Shown here in pieces: positions 13,506-27,018 of a DNA stretch of 64,000 nucleotides (position 1 is the first letter of the stretch; each line of letters starts with the position of its first letter). The DNA lies in assembly GCF_964213995.1 (NCBI RefSeq), contig NC_135821.1, forward strand, positions 77,562,001 to 77,626,000. The letters run 5' to 3'. A program made the position numbers and the translations under genes. The notes beneath the pieces were generated by a model. That model was not told the origin of the DNA. It searched no databases and saw only the letters and a list, made by a program, of their open reading frames with translations. This stretch comes from Mustelus asterias. Its lineage: Eukaryota.

Positions 13506-16500
13506 ATTCATGAAAAAGCTGCACAAAATCAAATGGCAAATCTAAATCAATGTCCTTAGCAGAGGAGGGAAGCAAATTGGAGGGAGCAAAATAAAACCGA
13601 TTCATGCAAAATACTTTACTACTGTAAAATAAAAAACAAGTACAAACCTGCCAATCAGCCGGCACTAGGTGGGAAAGAAACTAAAATGAGGTACCCGCTG
13701 TGCTTTGGAGATATTTAAACAGGTAAGGTGCACATAAACAATGGGAACAATTGTCTTTAACAATTGGTGCAGTAATAACAACTTGAAAAAAAAACTTAAC
13801 TCAAGCTGCTATTGAGGTGTTAAGGCTGCCTGTGATGTTAACCCTTTAAATTCTGAAACTGTTTCCAGCTTGCATTGCATGCTCCGCCTTTACATCTGCC
13901 CCCACAAAAAATTTGAATTTTTAATGTTGAGTCTTAAAGAAAAAAATTGAATTAGAACTTAGCTACAAAAATGCTACTGTATTCCTCAAAGGGTTAATTC
14001 GGAATTACCATGTTTTTGAGATGAGTTAACAAGAAAGAAAAATTAAAACATACTAGGGAAGTTCTACTGATGCTGATCGTGATGCATTCTCTTCCTGCAA
14101 GCAAAGGCACTACATTTTAAATCTTGCCTCTATGGGGCATTGCAGCTGCCAGTAAAAATGAGACATATGCCATTTTGTGGTTGGTGGAAAAAGCACAGGG
14201 TTTGCTTGTTTGTGTGAAATGAATGTAAAAGTTACAAATGATGAAAACTGTACTTTTTATTCCTTTATCATTTTACTTTAAGAGAACTACTAGCAAATTA
14301 ATACTAATGCTCACCTCACTATAGGCTAATCAAATCCAGCCAAGATCAAAAGTGATCCCAATCCGAGTTTCACCCAAGGGAGTGAAAACATATGAGGTAT
14401 GATTAACACAAACCTGTAAATTCATGAACCCACTCCGCCAAAAGCAAAAAGCATACCCAAAAAAGTGTGAAAAATGTAGACAAGATTTTACAGACATTGC
14501 ACAGTATATAATGGTGCAGTAAACTCAATTTCTCAAGTCTAGACATTCTGGTTATTATTTTTAAGACAGTACTGTATGCAGCCTTTCAATCAATGTTCTG
14601 TAAATGCAGCTTCAATTCCTCTGACATCACAGCTCTGCTTTGGATCCTTTCTCCATGGCAACACAGGTCAGAGTGCTCAAAGGGAAATCAGCTGCTCCAG
14701 TCAGAATTCAAATATTAAGCTGAAATATAAACAAACACTCAGCCAAATGATGTTCACTCCAGCCGAGGGAGTTGAGCTTTTGTTAGATGCCAAGTCATGT
14801 GGATTAGGGTTTTCAGCCCTGAAGACTAAAACCTGTCTGGGTTTCTCTTCAGTGTACTTCAAGTGAATGATTTCAGAAACTGCTCGCTGATGTTCTATTT
14901 CTTTCTCCCTAGACCGTCCTCCTAAAAGATCACACCAACAGTCTCACTATGCACAATCCAAGTATAAAGGTTAATTATCCAAGCGCAGGTTCATGAGAGG
15001 TCTGTGGGCACAAATAAATTGCAGTGCTCCCCGATCCACATGCTTTAATTGAACTGGTTCATAATGAAGGCAAAATTGTTGCCAGATGACAGCCCCAGCA
15101 CCATGAAAAATCATCACATACAAGCATAAAGTCAGAAGACAAAATCCAAACAGCACATTTCCAGCAGTGCACTATTCCCACCACCCAGACAAAAAAAAAT
15201 GGGGCAGTATGCTAGGGAAATGTTTGTACTTCTTTAAATGTTTGCACTCTAATTAACAATGAAGTATACTCTTTAAAAATGCTTTTACATATCTCTACTG
15301 AATAAGCATAACCTTGATACAACCACTGTACAATACTCACACATGAACAGCATCAAGTCTGTTTTTTTTTCTATAGGGACTGTTCTAGTTGCTAAGATAC
15401 TACCAGCATTGCAAATGGAAATGGGTCAGTAAACCTGTAGAGAGATACTGTGCTACTCCAACCATGCAGCTGTTACGACACAGATCTAAATCCCCTTTAA
15501 TATTTATTGCCTGTAGTGTAAGCTTCACTCTGAGTACTGAGTGTTTACTGAACTTTGCACCATGTTCCCCCACCACCCCCACAAGGCGTTACTGCTGAAG
15601 CTATCCTCATGCTATTTTCTGTAATTTTCTTCTGTGGTTAATCTAAATTAAACTGAGGCTTCCAATGTAGACTTGTTCCACAGAATTGTAATCGAAAACT
15701 GTACATGGAAAACTGCAAACAACTACACAGATATTTGCATGGGTGCAAATGGTCAACAACAATTTATTTAAGTATCTGTTTGCTTTATTCCTCATAAGAT
15801 AAAACACTTTTGTGGAATAATTATTCAGCACCCGATCAACATGCTGTCAATATGTAAAGGCTCTTTGCAGCAACATCCATTAAAGGTCATTCATCATTAA
15901 ATCAATCTCCTGCCCCATTCAGGCACCTCAGATTTTGATTAATTTTGACAGTTAGGCCTTCACCTTATTAAGAATAGAGTGCCACAATCTGGACTGCTCA
16001 TTTCTAGATTTGTAAGGTATGTAGTAATTAGCACTGGGATAAAAAAAAACAATGTCTTGAGGCAATATTTTATATCACTGTACACCCTGACTTGGAATGC
16101 TTTTAATATAGTGGGGAAACTAGATCAGTTTTGGATCTGTCCAGGTTAGTAAACAGATCTATTTTACTAGAATATGCATAAACAGATCAAATTGTGAATA
16201 ATGAAATATGTATACAAATAGTCCTCCAAGTCAGGAAGAGAGGAGGGTCAGAGAGTGAATAAAGATACTAATTCAGACCTAAAAATAAATGATAAACAAA
16301 AGAACTGTAGAGAACAAGAGCAGCAAGCTTAACAGGATGTACCGTAACTGTAATGGAGATGTTCCAATCAATTAGAATTGATTTACATTAAAAAGATTGC
16401 TAAAAATGAATCAACTAACTTGGGCTCCATCTAACTAATACAAATGGAGTAATATACTCCACATTCAGCTCCTTAAACTCAATTTTCAGAGGAATTTACA

Positions 16501-16542
16501 AATCAGTTTCCTCTTTAACAGGAGTTCGGCTCATGAAAGGTA

Positions 16543-16890
16543 AAGGTATTGTGGCGCAATGGGTAGCTCCTGCCTCTGAACCTGAAGCTCCGGGTTTGAG
16601 CACCACCCCAGGACTTGGATGCCGAGGAAGGTGCAAAACCTGCACCTTATCAACTTGCAAATTTTTCAAACACATTCTAGTGGCAGGTGGTCAAAGTAGG
16701 AGATTACTGGCCTGCCACAAACTGGAGCCTCCACCCTCACTCTCCATACCTTCAGCCCACAACATGCATGCAAAATTCCATATTGCCCCATCAACTTGGA
16801 CTTACTTTGTGATCGGCAATACACTACTGCCACTCACGGAGGCTGAAAATTGCAAAGTGGACTCTCTGAACTCATGAGACTATTTTTATT
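16543..16890 (+). mobile_element. tRNA-headed SINE-like element, family unassigned
   Basis: GTGGCGCAATGGGTAGC (A-box-like) and CCGGGTTTGAGCACC (B-box-like); internal hairpin gtggcagg...cctgccac (16680-16718). Confidence 0.5.
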
Positions 16891-17149
16891 CTTTATTACC
16901 TCAAAGTCGATGAAAACTAACAAAGAGATGGCAACTTAACACCTCGAGTTCCTCAAACCCTTTTGATACCATTTTGCATAGTATTGTAAGTGCCATTTGC
17001 CATGACTATTTGTTTTAAAATGAATAATCAACTGTCTTCATAGTTGAAATGTAGTTGTTAGGTAGACAAGTATTGTGCTCAGTTGTTTTAGCAGTAACAC
17101 ATTTAAAGCATGTTTCTCATGAACAAAATGTTGAAAGGTGAAAAAAAAG

Positions 17150-17445
17150 TCCCATAGCCCTCCGAGATATCTGCACTTCCTCCAATTCGAGTCTCTTGTG
17201 CATATCCCATTTTTAATTGCGCCATCATTGGTAGCTGTACCTTCAGTTGCCTCAGCACCAAGCTCTGGAATGCCCTCCCTACACCTCTCCACCTCCATCT
17301 TTAAAACTTTCCTCAAAGCCTATCTCTTTCACTAAGCTTTCAGTCATCTGTCCTAATATCTCCACGTGACTCAGTTGCTCCTATGAAATGCCTTGGGACG
17401 TTTCGTTACATGAAAGATATTATATAAATACAAGTTTTTGTTGAT
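17150..17445 (+). mobile_element. L2 LINE 3' end
   Basis: Translates roughly G.CTFSCLSTKLWNALP...FKTFLKAYLF; tail ttgggacgtttcgttacatgaaagatattatataaatacaagtt. Confidence 0.75.
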
Positions 17446-18084
17446 TGGCACAGGACACCTCTTATCAGACCAAAACAAGTATATTGGAGTTACTCTAGGT
17501 TTTCAGATGACAAAAATCTGAGGTGGGAAGAAATGAAGAGACAAACTTGACAATTTAACATGAACATAACCTATGGGAATGTCTCTAGATACTTGAACAC
17601 AACAGCAGATGAAGTTGAGGAAGTAGATATTATGGTAAAAGGCACATTCATCAGATGCTTCCACATAAGCCCAAGAAGCTGATTTGCTCCATCAGTACAA
17701 TACATATCTTCCCAGGAAATGGGAAACACTTTGGTCCTTAAAATTTATTGTGAAGCTGGGTACAATTAAAAAAGCACTTGAAGGGAACAGAAAGTTTGAA
17801 CATGGACAGGCTGTTCCCACAAAACATGCATTGAAATGTATTTTGGACCTTTGTTGGTTCGCCGGTTGATCAATTAGGTCAATGAGTCAACAGAGAGGGC
17901 TTCATCTCACATGTCTACTTCTATAATATTAAAAGCAATTATAGTCAACAAGTTGCACTTTTGTAACAGATTTACTGAATTGGAATGTTCAATAAATCAT
18001 TTTATTAACGATCAGAATATTCAATTGTTAAAATGCTACATCACCTCTAACTAATAATGCTACCCTCCAAACCCCACTCTACAA

Positions 18085-18453
18085 CTTGAGCGCAAAAATC
18101 TAGGCTGTTACTCGATGCAGCATCGAGGGAGTGCTGCGCTGTCTGAGATGTAGTCTTCCAGGTAAGACTTCAAACTGAGGCCCGGTCTAACCTCTCAGGA
18201 CAATGTAAAAGATTTCATGAGACTATTTAAAGAACAGAATGGGATTTTCTACCTGGTGACCTGACAAATATTTCATCCTCAATCAACATCACACAAAAAG
18301 ACTATCCGAATCTGATCACATTGCCATTTCTGGAAGTTTCATATGTGTAACTGGCTGCCACAGGCTAAGCTGCAAAAATAGTTCCTTGGATATAAAGCAA
18401 TTTAGGGGTCCTGAAGGCATGAACAGTGCTATGTAAATGCAAGTCTTTCTTTT
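18085..18453 (+). mobile_element. Deu-domain SINE (SacSINE1-like), head missing
   Basis: gagggagtgctgcgctgtc...aaactgaggccc...caaatatttcatcctcaatcaacatcac...gtgctatgtaaatgcaagtctttct. Confidence 0.8.
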
Positions 18454-18473
18454 ATGTATAGTAAGTCAAATAA

Positions 18474-18660
18474 TGGCTGGAATTCTCCAACGCCCGTTTA
18501 TGGCAAGCGGGAGAGCTGATTTGGGGCAAAGAATCCAACAAGTCCCCAGGCAGCTTTTACTCCAGTGGGATTTCCCATTCAGATTGTCTCACTCCCTGCC
18601 AATGACATGATGGGGTGCCTGCCATGAAAGGCAAGGAACCCCATCACCATTCATTTACTT
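18474..18660. mobile_element. MITE/DNA-element-like fragment
   Basis: Begins ggctggaattctcc, similar to the terminal repeat at 5887. Confidence 0.4.
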
Positions 18661-18757
18661 TATTGTGTTTTCATGTTGTTCCAAGTTGAAACAAGGGCAC
18701 TTTAAGGGACCAATCACATGCCAATCCCAACAGCCTGTAAACAGCTTTCCAATAAAA

Positions 18758-18913
18758 ATCTAACCTGCACTTCTTTGGACTATGGGAGGAAACCCACACA
18801 GACACAGGGAGAACGTGCAAACTTCACACAGACAGTCACCCAAGACCAGACTGAACCGGAGTCCCTGGCGCTATGAGGCAACAGTGCTAACCACTGTGCC
18901 ACGATGCCGCCCC
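18758..18913 (-). mobile_element. HE1-type V-SINE 5' part; replaces the LTR end, PBS and gag start
   Basis: Reverse strand reads gggcggcatcgtggcacagtggttagcactgttgcctc...gtctgtgtgaagtttgcacgttctcc. Confidence 0.85.
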
Positions 18914-21900
18914 ATGTGCGGGTTAAAAAGCGAAGCTATCCAAAAGTGGTTAACAGAAAGCAACCTAAATCTAAAGACGGCTTTAGAAATCGTGGTTTCC
19001 AATCGAATCGGCAGCCTAGGAAATTCAACAATTAAGTTTGAGCATCAGAATCCTTAAAATGTCAGCTGATACCCAAACACTGACACAGGTTCGAAACTGC
19101 AACCAACGTGCAAGAACTGGGCATGCAGCAACAGATTGCTGGTGCAGAAATTGAGGCAGAAAGGGATACAGTGAATGTGCTTGTTGGAGAAAGAAACAAC
19201 AAGTTCCAAGCAAGAACTATAAAAAAGCAAGAACCGAATGTATCATATGGAAAAGCGAAGAGAGTAAAGTATTGACGCAACACGAAAAGGGCATGAAAAA
19301 AACTAGAGTCACAGTCAGAAGTTGAACTGTCATTGAACATACTGGCTTTGCTGATGTAACAAACCCATACTAGGTCACTCCTTTACTGGACAGACAACCG
19401 GTGAAAATGGAGCAGCAGTTTTGTTGGTACCAGAAATCATTTACCACGAAAAACTATGACATATTGTCTTGAAACCCTCAAAGATGATATTATTGATGTA
19501 AACGTGCAGTTGAATGGACAGACCGCAGACTTGTCCCTGCACATTGTTAAAGGTATGCAGCATTAACAGGGAGAACCTGGCTGGAAAGCATCAAATTAAA
19601 CTGGGCCACGGTGAATCTCATGTCAGATTCTTAAGCAGGTCCACTGAAAATTTTAAATAAACTTGCCATTGTCTTTAATGCGGAGCTGGGAAGCATGAAG
19701 GAGATCTCAGTCAAGTTAAAGATTAAGGATGAAAATTAAGCCAGATGCTTAAAGGCTAGTTGAGTGCCTTACACACTCAGGCCTGAGGTTGAGGTAGAAT
19801 TAGACCGGCTGGTCAAGTCGGGAGTCCTCAAACCCAATTGGGCCACGCCAATAGTAAATTCACTATCAATCCGGTACTGTGTGCAGAACAGCAACCCCTC
19901 TTTGCTGGGTTGGCTGAAGGCCAATATTTGAGTAAGATTGTCCCTCATCAAACTTATCTCCAGATGAATGTGGATCTAGATTCACAACAACATTTGACAA
20001 TCATGACACACAGTATTAAAGACTTCAATTTAGCATTACGTCCACACCTGTATTATTCCAACGTGCCATGAATCAAATTCTAAGTGGATTAGGAGTTCAA
20101 TATTATTTAGACAATATCTTAGTTACTGGAAAGAATGAGGAAGAACATCTCCACAACCTAGATGTCACACTCCAGATTACAGATTAATAGAACGATAGAT
20201 AAGTCTGAATTTTTCCAATTTTCTATTGATTATCTGGGTAATGTTACGGATACAAACCGACTGCACAAATCACCTTCAAAGGTCAAAGCTATTACTGAGG
20301 CACCTGCACCTCAAAACATCAATCAACTCTGTTATCTTTTGGTCTAATTAAACTATTATGGAAAGTTTGTCCCCAATCCAACAACTATCCTTAAACATGT
20401 ACACAACTTGTGTCAAACCAGGAAATGGAAATGGCTAGATCAGTGCGAGAAAAGCCTTCTTAAAAACCAAAAGAGGCATAACCGAAGTGTGACACATCGC
20501 CATAGGGGGTGGGGACTGTGGTTTCTCACATAATGCCCAATGGTGAGGAGAAGCCAATAAGCTTTTGCATCAAGAACCTCGAACAAAGCAGAAGTGAACT
20601 TTGCACAGATAGATAAAGAAGTTCCCAGGAATCAATTCCAGCATTAAACATTTCTACCAATACCTATGTGGAAGAAAACTTACTTTATTAATGGATCAAC
20701 CACTGACAGTGATATTTGGGCCTGATACTGGGATTCCATTTCTAGCAGCGAGCCGGATGCAGAGATGGGTAATGCTGTTGTCAGCACACACATATAATAA
20801 AATATTGTCAGTCAAATCTCTATGGGAAAACTGATGGACTTTCCAGATTACACAATGAGTCGTCAATCAACAATTCGAGTGGAAACATTTCCTACTTCAA
20901 GCAAGTAGATAACACTCCTGTAACCACAGGACAAATTAAGATGCATACCAGAAATGATCCATTACTGTCAGACATTTGGACATGGTACTTTGTGGCAAGG
21001 CTGCGGGAGCAAACCAGGAGTTGAAGCCATATGTCACCTGAAGACTCAAACTATCCATGCAAGCTGGTTGCTTCCTCTGGGGAATGAGGGCCATCATTTC
21101 ACCATTACTAAGGAAAGATATAGTATCCCAACTATATGGAGGTCATTGTGGTATAGTAGGATGAAGACGATAGCCAGAAGCTGCTTTTGGTGGCCAGAGC
21201 TTGATACCCAAATCGAGGAGAAAGCAGGGATGTGTTTGTCTTGTGCACAAGTTCAGAACCTGCCACCAGTAATGCAATTGCACCCATGGGAATGGCCAAA
21301 AGAGCCTTGGCAAAGTGTTCATATAGATATCATATTATTTGAAACGTGTATGTTTCTCATTGTAGCCGATATGCATTTGAAATGGCCTGAAATCGCCATT
21401 ATGAAGACAATATCCTCAGAGAGAACAACGGAAAGCCGAGGTGAGATTTTTGGAAGAACAATGAGAGTGACAATGGACCGCAGTTCATTTCTCAAGAATT
21501 CACAAGCTCTTCAAAGGAGAACAGGATTCAACACATTCGATCCGCTCCTTATCATCCTGCCACAAATGGACAGTTTGTTCAGACGATGAAATATTTGTTG
21601 AAGGTAACTCGAAAGCAAGGTCATTGTCTAAACGACTGAGCCAATTCCTGATGACATACAAAAATACTGTACATTCGACAACCAAAAGTTCTCCGACATT
21701 GCTCATGATAAAACGCTAATTACGCACTGCGTTCGATTTGCTTAAGCCAACCAACACAAGAGAAACTGTCAAGAAGAAACAGCATGGTCAGGTTATACAA
21801 CGTGATAACAGGACTAAATGCCCTGTTCTTCATAAAGGTCATGAAGTATTGGCAAGGAACTACATCAGTGAGAAGGGGATACCTGCTATCGTTTTAGCAA

Positions 21901-22357
21901 AGACGCCACACAATACAAACACATGACGATGTAGTATGGAGAAGACATGCAGACCAGAACCAGTCTGCCAGAGACAGAAACAATCAAGAGTCCACAACAA
22001 GCTGTGCCAAGTGAAGGTATAGACATACCTCAGAACCTGACCATACCCGAAACATTGGGGAAGACAGTAGCTCAATTGAGAACACTTTATCATGTCAACT
22101 TCCAAACACCATGTCGACTCCGGTGCAGACAACCACGGACCAACATCCAAACTAAACCAAAAACATCAAAGGTTGCAGTCAACACGAGAAGGCAGACACC
22201 TGAGGTTCACCAACAACCGCCCAGAAATCAACGTCGTCTGGAACATCCAAACTATTGACTGTTGTTTATTAATTGTTCATATTGAAAATTTTGATTGTTA
22301 ACATTATTTTGTATTTTCTTGCAGGAGCCTCTGTTGTGAAGGGAAGGGAAGGGAAAG

Positions 22358-22527
22358 TGTTGTGCATTCGCATTGTTCTTATCTGGAACAAGAGTACTTT
22401 AAGGGACCAATCACGTGACATTCTGATAACGTCATACACCGTTTGCACAGGTGAATGGGCGGTATATCCTAACAGCTTGTGAAGTAAACACCTTTTCAAT
22501 ATAGCTCTTGTTTGTTTGTACCTCCGT
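22358..22527 (+). repeat. 3' LTR of the Gypsy element; matching 5' LTR start at 18661-18725
   Basis: Both read t[a/g]ttgtg...aacaag[g/a]g[c/t]actttaagggaccaatcac[a/g]tg. Confidence 0.75.
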
Positions 22528-22529
22528 GT

Positions 22530-22732
22530 TCTGCAAGCCGATCATGGAATCCCTGCAATGCAGAAGGAAGCCATTCAGCCCATCGAGTCTGCACTGACTC
22601 TCAGACAAAGCATCTAACCCAGGCCCTATCCCCTTAACCCCACACATTTACCCCACTAATCCCCCTAACCTACACATCTTGGGGTGCTATGGGGCAATTT
22701 AGCATGGGAAGAAAATGCAAACTCCACACAAA
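22530..22732 (-). mobile_element. V-SINE 3' part with a CR1-derived tail, internally deleted
   Basis: gccattcagcccatcgagtctgcac...ggggcaatttagcatgg...gcaaactccacac. Confidence 0.8.
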
Positions 22733-23278
22733 AAGAGTTAATAATAGCACATAGATATAATTTGAATACTTCCTTATGGTACTCAACCACCCCCCCACCC
22801 CACTCCCACCTCATTTGAGTCAGTGGGATTCGCAACAAGTCCTGCAAAATGGGGACCTGGAAAAGTGAACTTGCCTGGACAATGCTCTGACAATGTCCCC
22901 TGGCCCCGCCCCCAGCATGGGGCAGTGCCAGGGGCTACTGTTGGGGAGGTCAATGGGGGTAGGGTTTCCCATGTCCATGGAGGATGGTGGGGTTCCATGT
23001 GTCTGTGGAGGGGAGGGTCCCCATGGGAATGGGGGTGTGAGGGAAGGGGGAGTGGAGGCTCCCCTCGTTAGTGGGGCGGTGGTGCATTTATTTTGATCAG
23101 GGAGCCATTTAAAAAGGTGGGACCTTGGGTCAGGGTGGGAGGGTGCGCAGGGAGAGGGAGAGAGCGCACGCATGCTCGAGAGTGCATGGGGAGTCCCTTG
23201 GGGTTTCAGCGGTGTGAGGAAAGTCGGGGTGGGGGGGACAGAGCTGGGAGCGAGTCTGTATAATCAGAAGTCAAAAGT

Positions 23279-23447
23279 CATAATGTGGAGATGCCAGCGT
23301 TGGATTGGGGTGGGCACAGTAAGAAGTCTCACTACACCGGGTTAAAGTCCAACAAGTTTATTTGGTATCACGGGCTTTCGGAGCGCTGCTCTGAAAGCTC
23401 ATGATACCAAATAAACCTGTTGGACTTTAACATGGTAAAGTGAGACT
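23279..23447. mobile_element. Fold-back PLE-terminus insertion (older subfamily), 15-bp TSD
   Basis: TSD tcagaagtcaaaagt at 23264-23278 and 23448-23462; arms invert around ggagcgctgctc (hammerhead stem II region). Confidence 0.85.
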
Positions 23448-23647
23448 TCAGAAGTCAAAAGTGGTTTTAAACCTTCCACTTTTTTCTGGATAGCTATTGA
23501 TGTAACAGTAAGAACCATTCGAAGTTTGCAATTTAACTCACGAGTTTTAGTTGGTTCCTAATGCAAGGCAATCATTACACGGGAACCTTTGGACATTTGG
23601 CTCCTGGAAAATTCAAAGTTATGTAAAACAGACTGTCTGAGGCACAC

Positions 23648-23945
23648 AGCCTCCCCACAAAACTGCCCACGCCCCACCTTACCAAAACCTAGCCTCTCCA
23701 CAAAACTGCCCACACCCCACCTTACCAAAGCCCAGCCTCCCCATAAAACTACCCACACCCCACCTTACCAAAGCCCAGCCTCCCCATAAAACTACCCACA
23801 CCCCACCTTACCAAAACCCAGCCTCTCCATAAAACTGCCCACGCCCCACCTTACCAAAGCCCAGCCTCCCCATAAAACTACCCACACCCCACCTTACCAA
23901 AACCCAGCCTCTCCACAAAACTGCCCACGCCCCACCTTATCCAAG
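23648..23945. repeat. Minisatellite, about 7 x 43 bp
   Basis: Unit cagcctccccataaaactacccacaccccaccttaccaaa[a/g]cc. Confidence 0.95.
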
Positions 23946-24064
23946 ACCACTGACCCAGCTCTTAGAGGATCAGCATGGATATTACGTGGGAATGTCCAGG
24001 AAAATAGCGATGTTAACACAAATCAACAGCAGTACAATGTGAATGCAGGGTTTTTCACTAAATC

Positions 24065-25120
24065 ACTGAATAATTACAGCATAGAAGTCCAATCGACCCA
24101 TCATGTCTGTGCTAGCTCTCCGAATTAGCAATTCATCTAGCGCCAGTCACCACCTTTGTCCAATACTAATGCATGTTTTACTTTTCAGATAATCGAATTC
24201 TCTTGTGAATACCTCGATTGAACCTGCCTCTACCACACTCACAGGCAGTGATTTCAGATCTTAACGACTAACTGCATGAAAAAGTTTTTCAATCTCCATT
24301 GTAACATACCTGGATTTCCATAGGCATTCAATTGTGCCACACAAAAGGTTAAGAAGCAAGATAAGAACTCATGAATTGGGGATAATATATTAGCATGGAT
24401 AGAGGACTGGTTAATGAACAGGAAGCAGGGAGTGGGCATAAACTGGATTGGAGTGGATAGTTGAGTGCTGCAAGAGTCTGTGCTGGGGCCTCAACAATTT
24501 ACAAACTATCTGGACAACTTAAATGAGACAAAGAGTAATGTGTCAAGGTTTGCTGATTATATAAAACTAGGTGGGAATGTAAGCTGTGGGAAGGATACAG
24601 AGTCTGCAAAGATATAGAGACAGTTTAAGTGAGTGGGCAACAAGATGGCAGATGGAGTGTAATGTAGGGAAATATGAAGTTTTTAACTTTAGTCATAAGA
24701 ATAAAAAGCATAATATTTTTTCAAATATTGTGAAACATGAGAATTAATTTTCAGGGAGACTAGTGTGCGATTGTACAAGGAATGCACAAAGGTAGCATGC
24801 AGGTACAGCAAGCAATTGGAGAGCAATGTTAATACAAACCAATGGTGAGGACTTCCTGTACATTTATAAAATAATACAACACAGGAGACCATTCAACCTA
24901 TTGTGCTGTGCCAGTTCTTTGACGGAGCTATTTAACTAATCCCAGACCCTTGTCTATTTCCCAAAGCTCTGCAAAATTTCACTTTCAAGTAGATATCAAA
25001 TACCTTTTGAATGTTACTCTGAAACTGGTTCAGAAGCCTCTAAGACAGCGCATTCCAGATCATCACAACAATTCACCGCATAAACAATTTGTCCTATTCT
25101 CCCCACTGGTTCTTTAGCCC
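24065..25120. mobile_element. Cluster of old CR1 relics (minus about 24065-24300, plus about 24310-24870, minus about 24870-25120)
   Basis: The plus piece translates GDNILAWIEDWLMNRKQGVGI and RFADY; the flanking pieces resemble CR1 3' UTR in reverse. Confidence 0.65.
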
Positions 25121-25779
25121 AGGACTGGAGTCACAAAGTTATTTAATGATTCAGCTCCTTTTTTACCCTCTCTAACCTCGAAGAGCAGCATCCAATTAGA
25201 ATTTGAATGAGCCCAAACGAACTCTTTTCATTTAGGTTCTTACAACCAGCCATAGAAGCTAATTCCCACCGTGTAAGCTAGATATGCACAAAGATCCCAG
25301 AAATAAAAGGACAATGTGCTCACCAAGTCCACAGATGAATTAAGAAATATCATAATTTGTGATTTAAGGAAACAACTGTAAATAAAGCACAAGAATTTAG
25401 AGTTAACCAATATTTCAGCTCCCTGAACAGCAATGTTCAAATCTCTCATCAGGTTTCCACCCCTGCCACTGTACACCCACTTACACAGCCCTAATCAGAG
25501 TCACTAATCAATTCTCTGTGACTGTGCTGCACTCGTATTCTGGTCTTTCTCAGCATCTTTGCAGCCTTCTGCATCATCCTCCTCCAACACCACTAGCACA
25601 TTCTACATCATTCCAATCTTATCTATCCAATTGTAGCCAGAACTTCTCCCACAATGGTTTTTCTTCTTGTCCACCCACTTTCTTTTTGAGATCCCCAAGG
25701 ACATATTCCAACCTCCATCTCCATACTGCCCCTTGGTCACAACATCCAAAGATATGAGATCAGGTTCAACATATAGGCT

Positions 25780-26180
25780 GATGATAATTTTTAACTCTCT
25801 CTCAACGCTTCGCTGCCTGTGCTATCAGACTGCTCGTCTGACATCCAGTCTTGGATAATAAGCAATGTCCACCAACTCTATATAGGGAAGACCAAAACTC
25901 CCGCCAGAAGCTCCTTACAATTGCTACCAGTTCCATTCTTCTGCATGGCCAATCTCAGGTTGAGCCAGAGTGGTTAAAAACCTCTGCATCCTGGTTAACT
26001 CAGAGCTGAGTGTCCATCATAAAAATTCCTACTTTCACCCTCCTAATATCACCTGTCCCTACCGCTGCCTTAGCCCAACTACCAACGAAAACCTCACCTA
26101 TGCCTCACTGAGTTTGTCACCACCAAATTTGGCTATTCCAATATTCTACTGGTTTCCAATCCGGAGCACAACTCCGTGTC
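25780..26180 (+). mobile_element. L2-like ORF2 relic
   Basis: CLSDI...SNVHQLYIGKTK and VKNL.ILVNSELS resemble L2 RT-thumb motifs. Confidence 0.5.
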
Positions 26181-26387
26181 AAAAAATTCTTCATAAAACT
26201 TTAATCTTGACCAAATAGTTGAGCAGTGAAATAAATACCGAGGATATTCTCTGAAAACATAACAGCAAATAAGATTCCAAAGTGCAACAAGACTGAACAA
26301 AGTATTTCAGATTGGACAAACACAGAAAAAGATCTACTGTCAGTTGCTGACTGAAGTAATGTGTTGTTCAAAGTGAGGACTAGTATG

Positions 26388-26642
26388 AGAACCACAGAAT
26401 TCCTACAGTGCAGAAGGAGCTATTCGGCCCATCAAGTCTGCACTGACTCTGCAAGAGCATCTTTCCCAGGAACACCCCCACAACTTTGCACATTTACCAT
26501 GGCCACTTCACCTAAATTGACTGTGGGAGCAAACTCACGCAGACACAGAGAAAACATGCAAACTCCACACAGTCACCCAAAGCCAGAATCGAACCCGGTC
26601 CCTGGCGCTGAGAGGCAGCAATGCTAACCACTGTGCCGCCCC
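26388..26642 (-). mobile_element. V-SINE, internally deleted
   Basis: Reverse head gggcggcacagtggttagcattgctgcctc; CR1-type tail cacagaattcctacagtgcagaagg. Confidence 0.8.
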
Positions 26643-27018
26643 ATTCTTGAGATTGAACACAGCATCTTTGATTTTAGCACTAAATGAAAATAATTGCATC
26701 TAGATTTGAAACAAAAATATTTTTGTAGTTATGTTCACTAACTGAAGATCAAAATTTATGGAAATGAGACCAAATGAATGTGTCTATAGAATTATATCGA
26801 CATTACAGTTTCCCACTCAGTTATATTTCTTTACAGCAGATGACACCCAAATTATTTTAGCACTTCTCTGAATACAATTTTTGGCTTACTACACTAATCA
26901 CCTTTGTTGGCATTAATGCCTACCTAGCCTTGGAAGCAGCTGCCAAATGAAAGCTAAACAAAACGTGGAGTTCCTTGTCTGAGATTTATGAATGCTGTGT
27001 ATCATATCAACAGTCAAC

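Larger units (their letters stand above)
18661..22527 (+). mobile_element. Decayed Ty3/Gypsy LTR retrotransposon (partial 5' LTR, gag, PR, RT, RNase H, integrase, PPT, 3' LTR)
   Basis: gag GLKSEAIQK.LTE..L.LKTALEI; knuckle remnant near 19100; YYLDNILVTG near 20100; FASRT..KAE.NFAQIDKE; RMKTIARSCFWWP...C..C; WQSVHID; SDNGPQF; SAPYHPATNG; PPT gaagggaagggaagggaaag 22338-22357 followed by TGTTGTG. Confidence 0.9.

Noticed and set aside
4310-17100. Short ORFs and splice-like signals (acceptor-like ctccctag near 14912 and ctatag near 15376; donor-like caggtaag near 13720) as host exons
   Set aside because: No coherent acceptor-ORF-donor unit and no recognisable protein; such signals are expected by chance
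22800-23255. GC-rich region with overlapping ORFs as a CpG island or exon
   Set aside because: G-run-rich but not CpG-dense, with low-complexity translations; more likely the interior of an unclassified repeat
23648-23945. CRISPR-like array
   Set aside because: Head-to-tail repeats with no unique spacers, in a eukaryotic context with no cas genes
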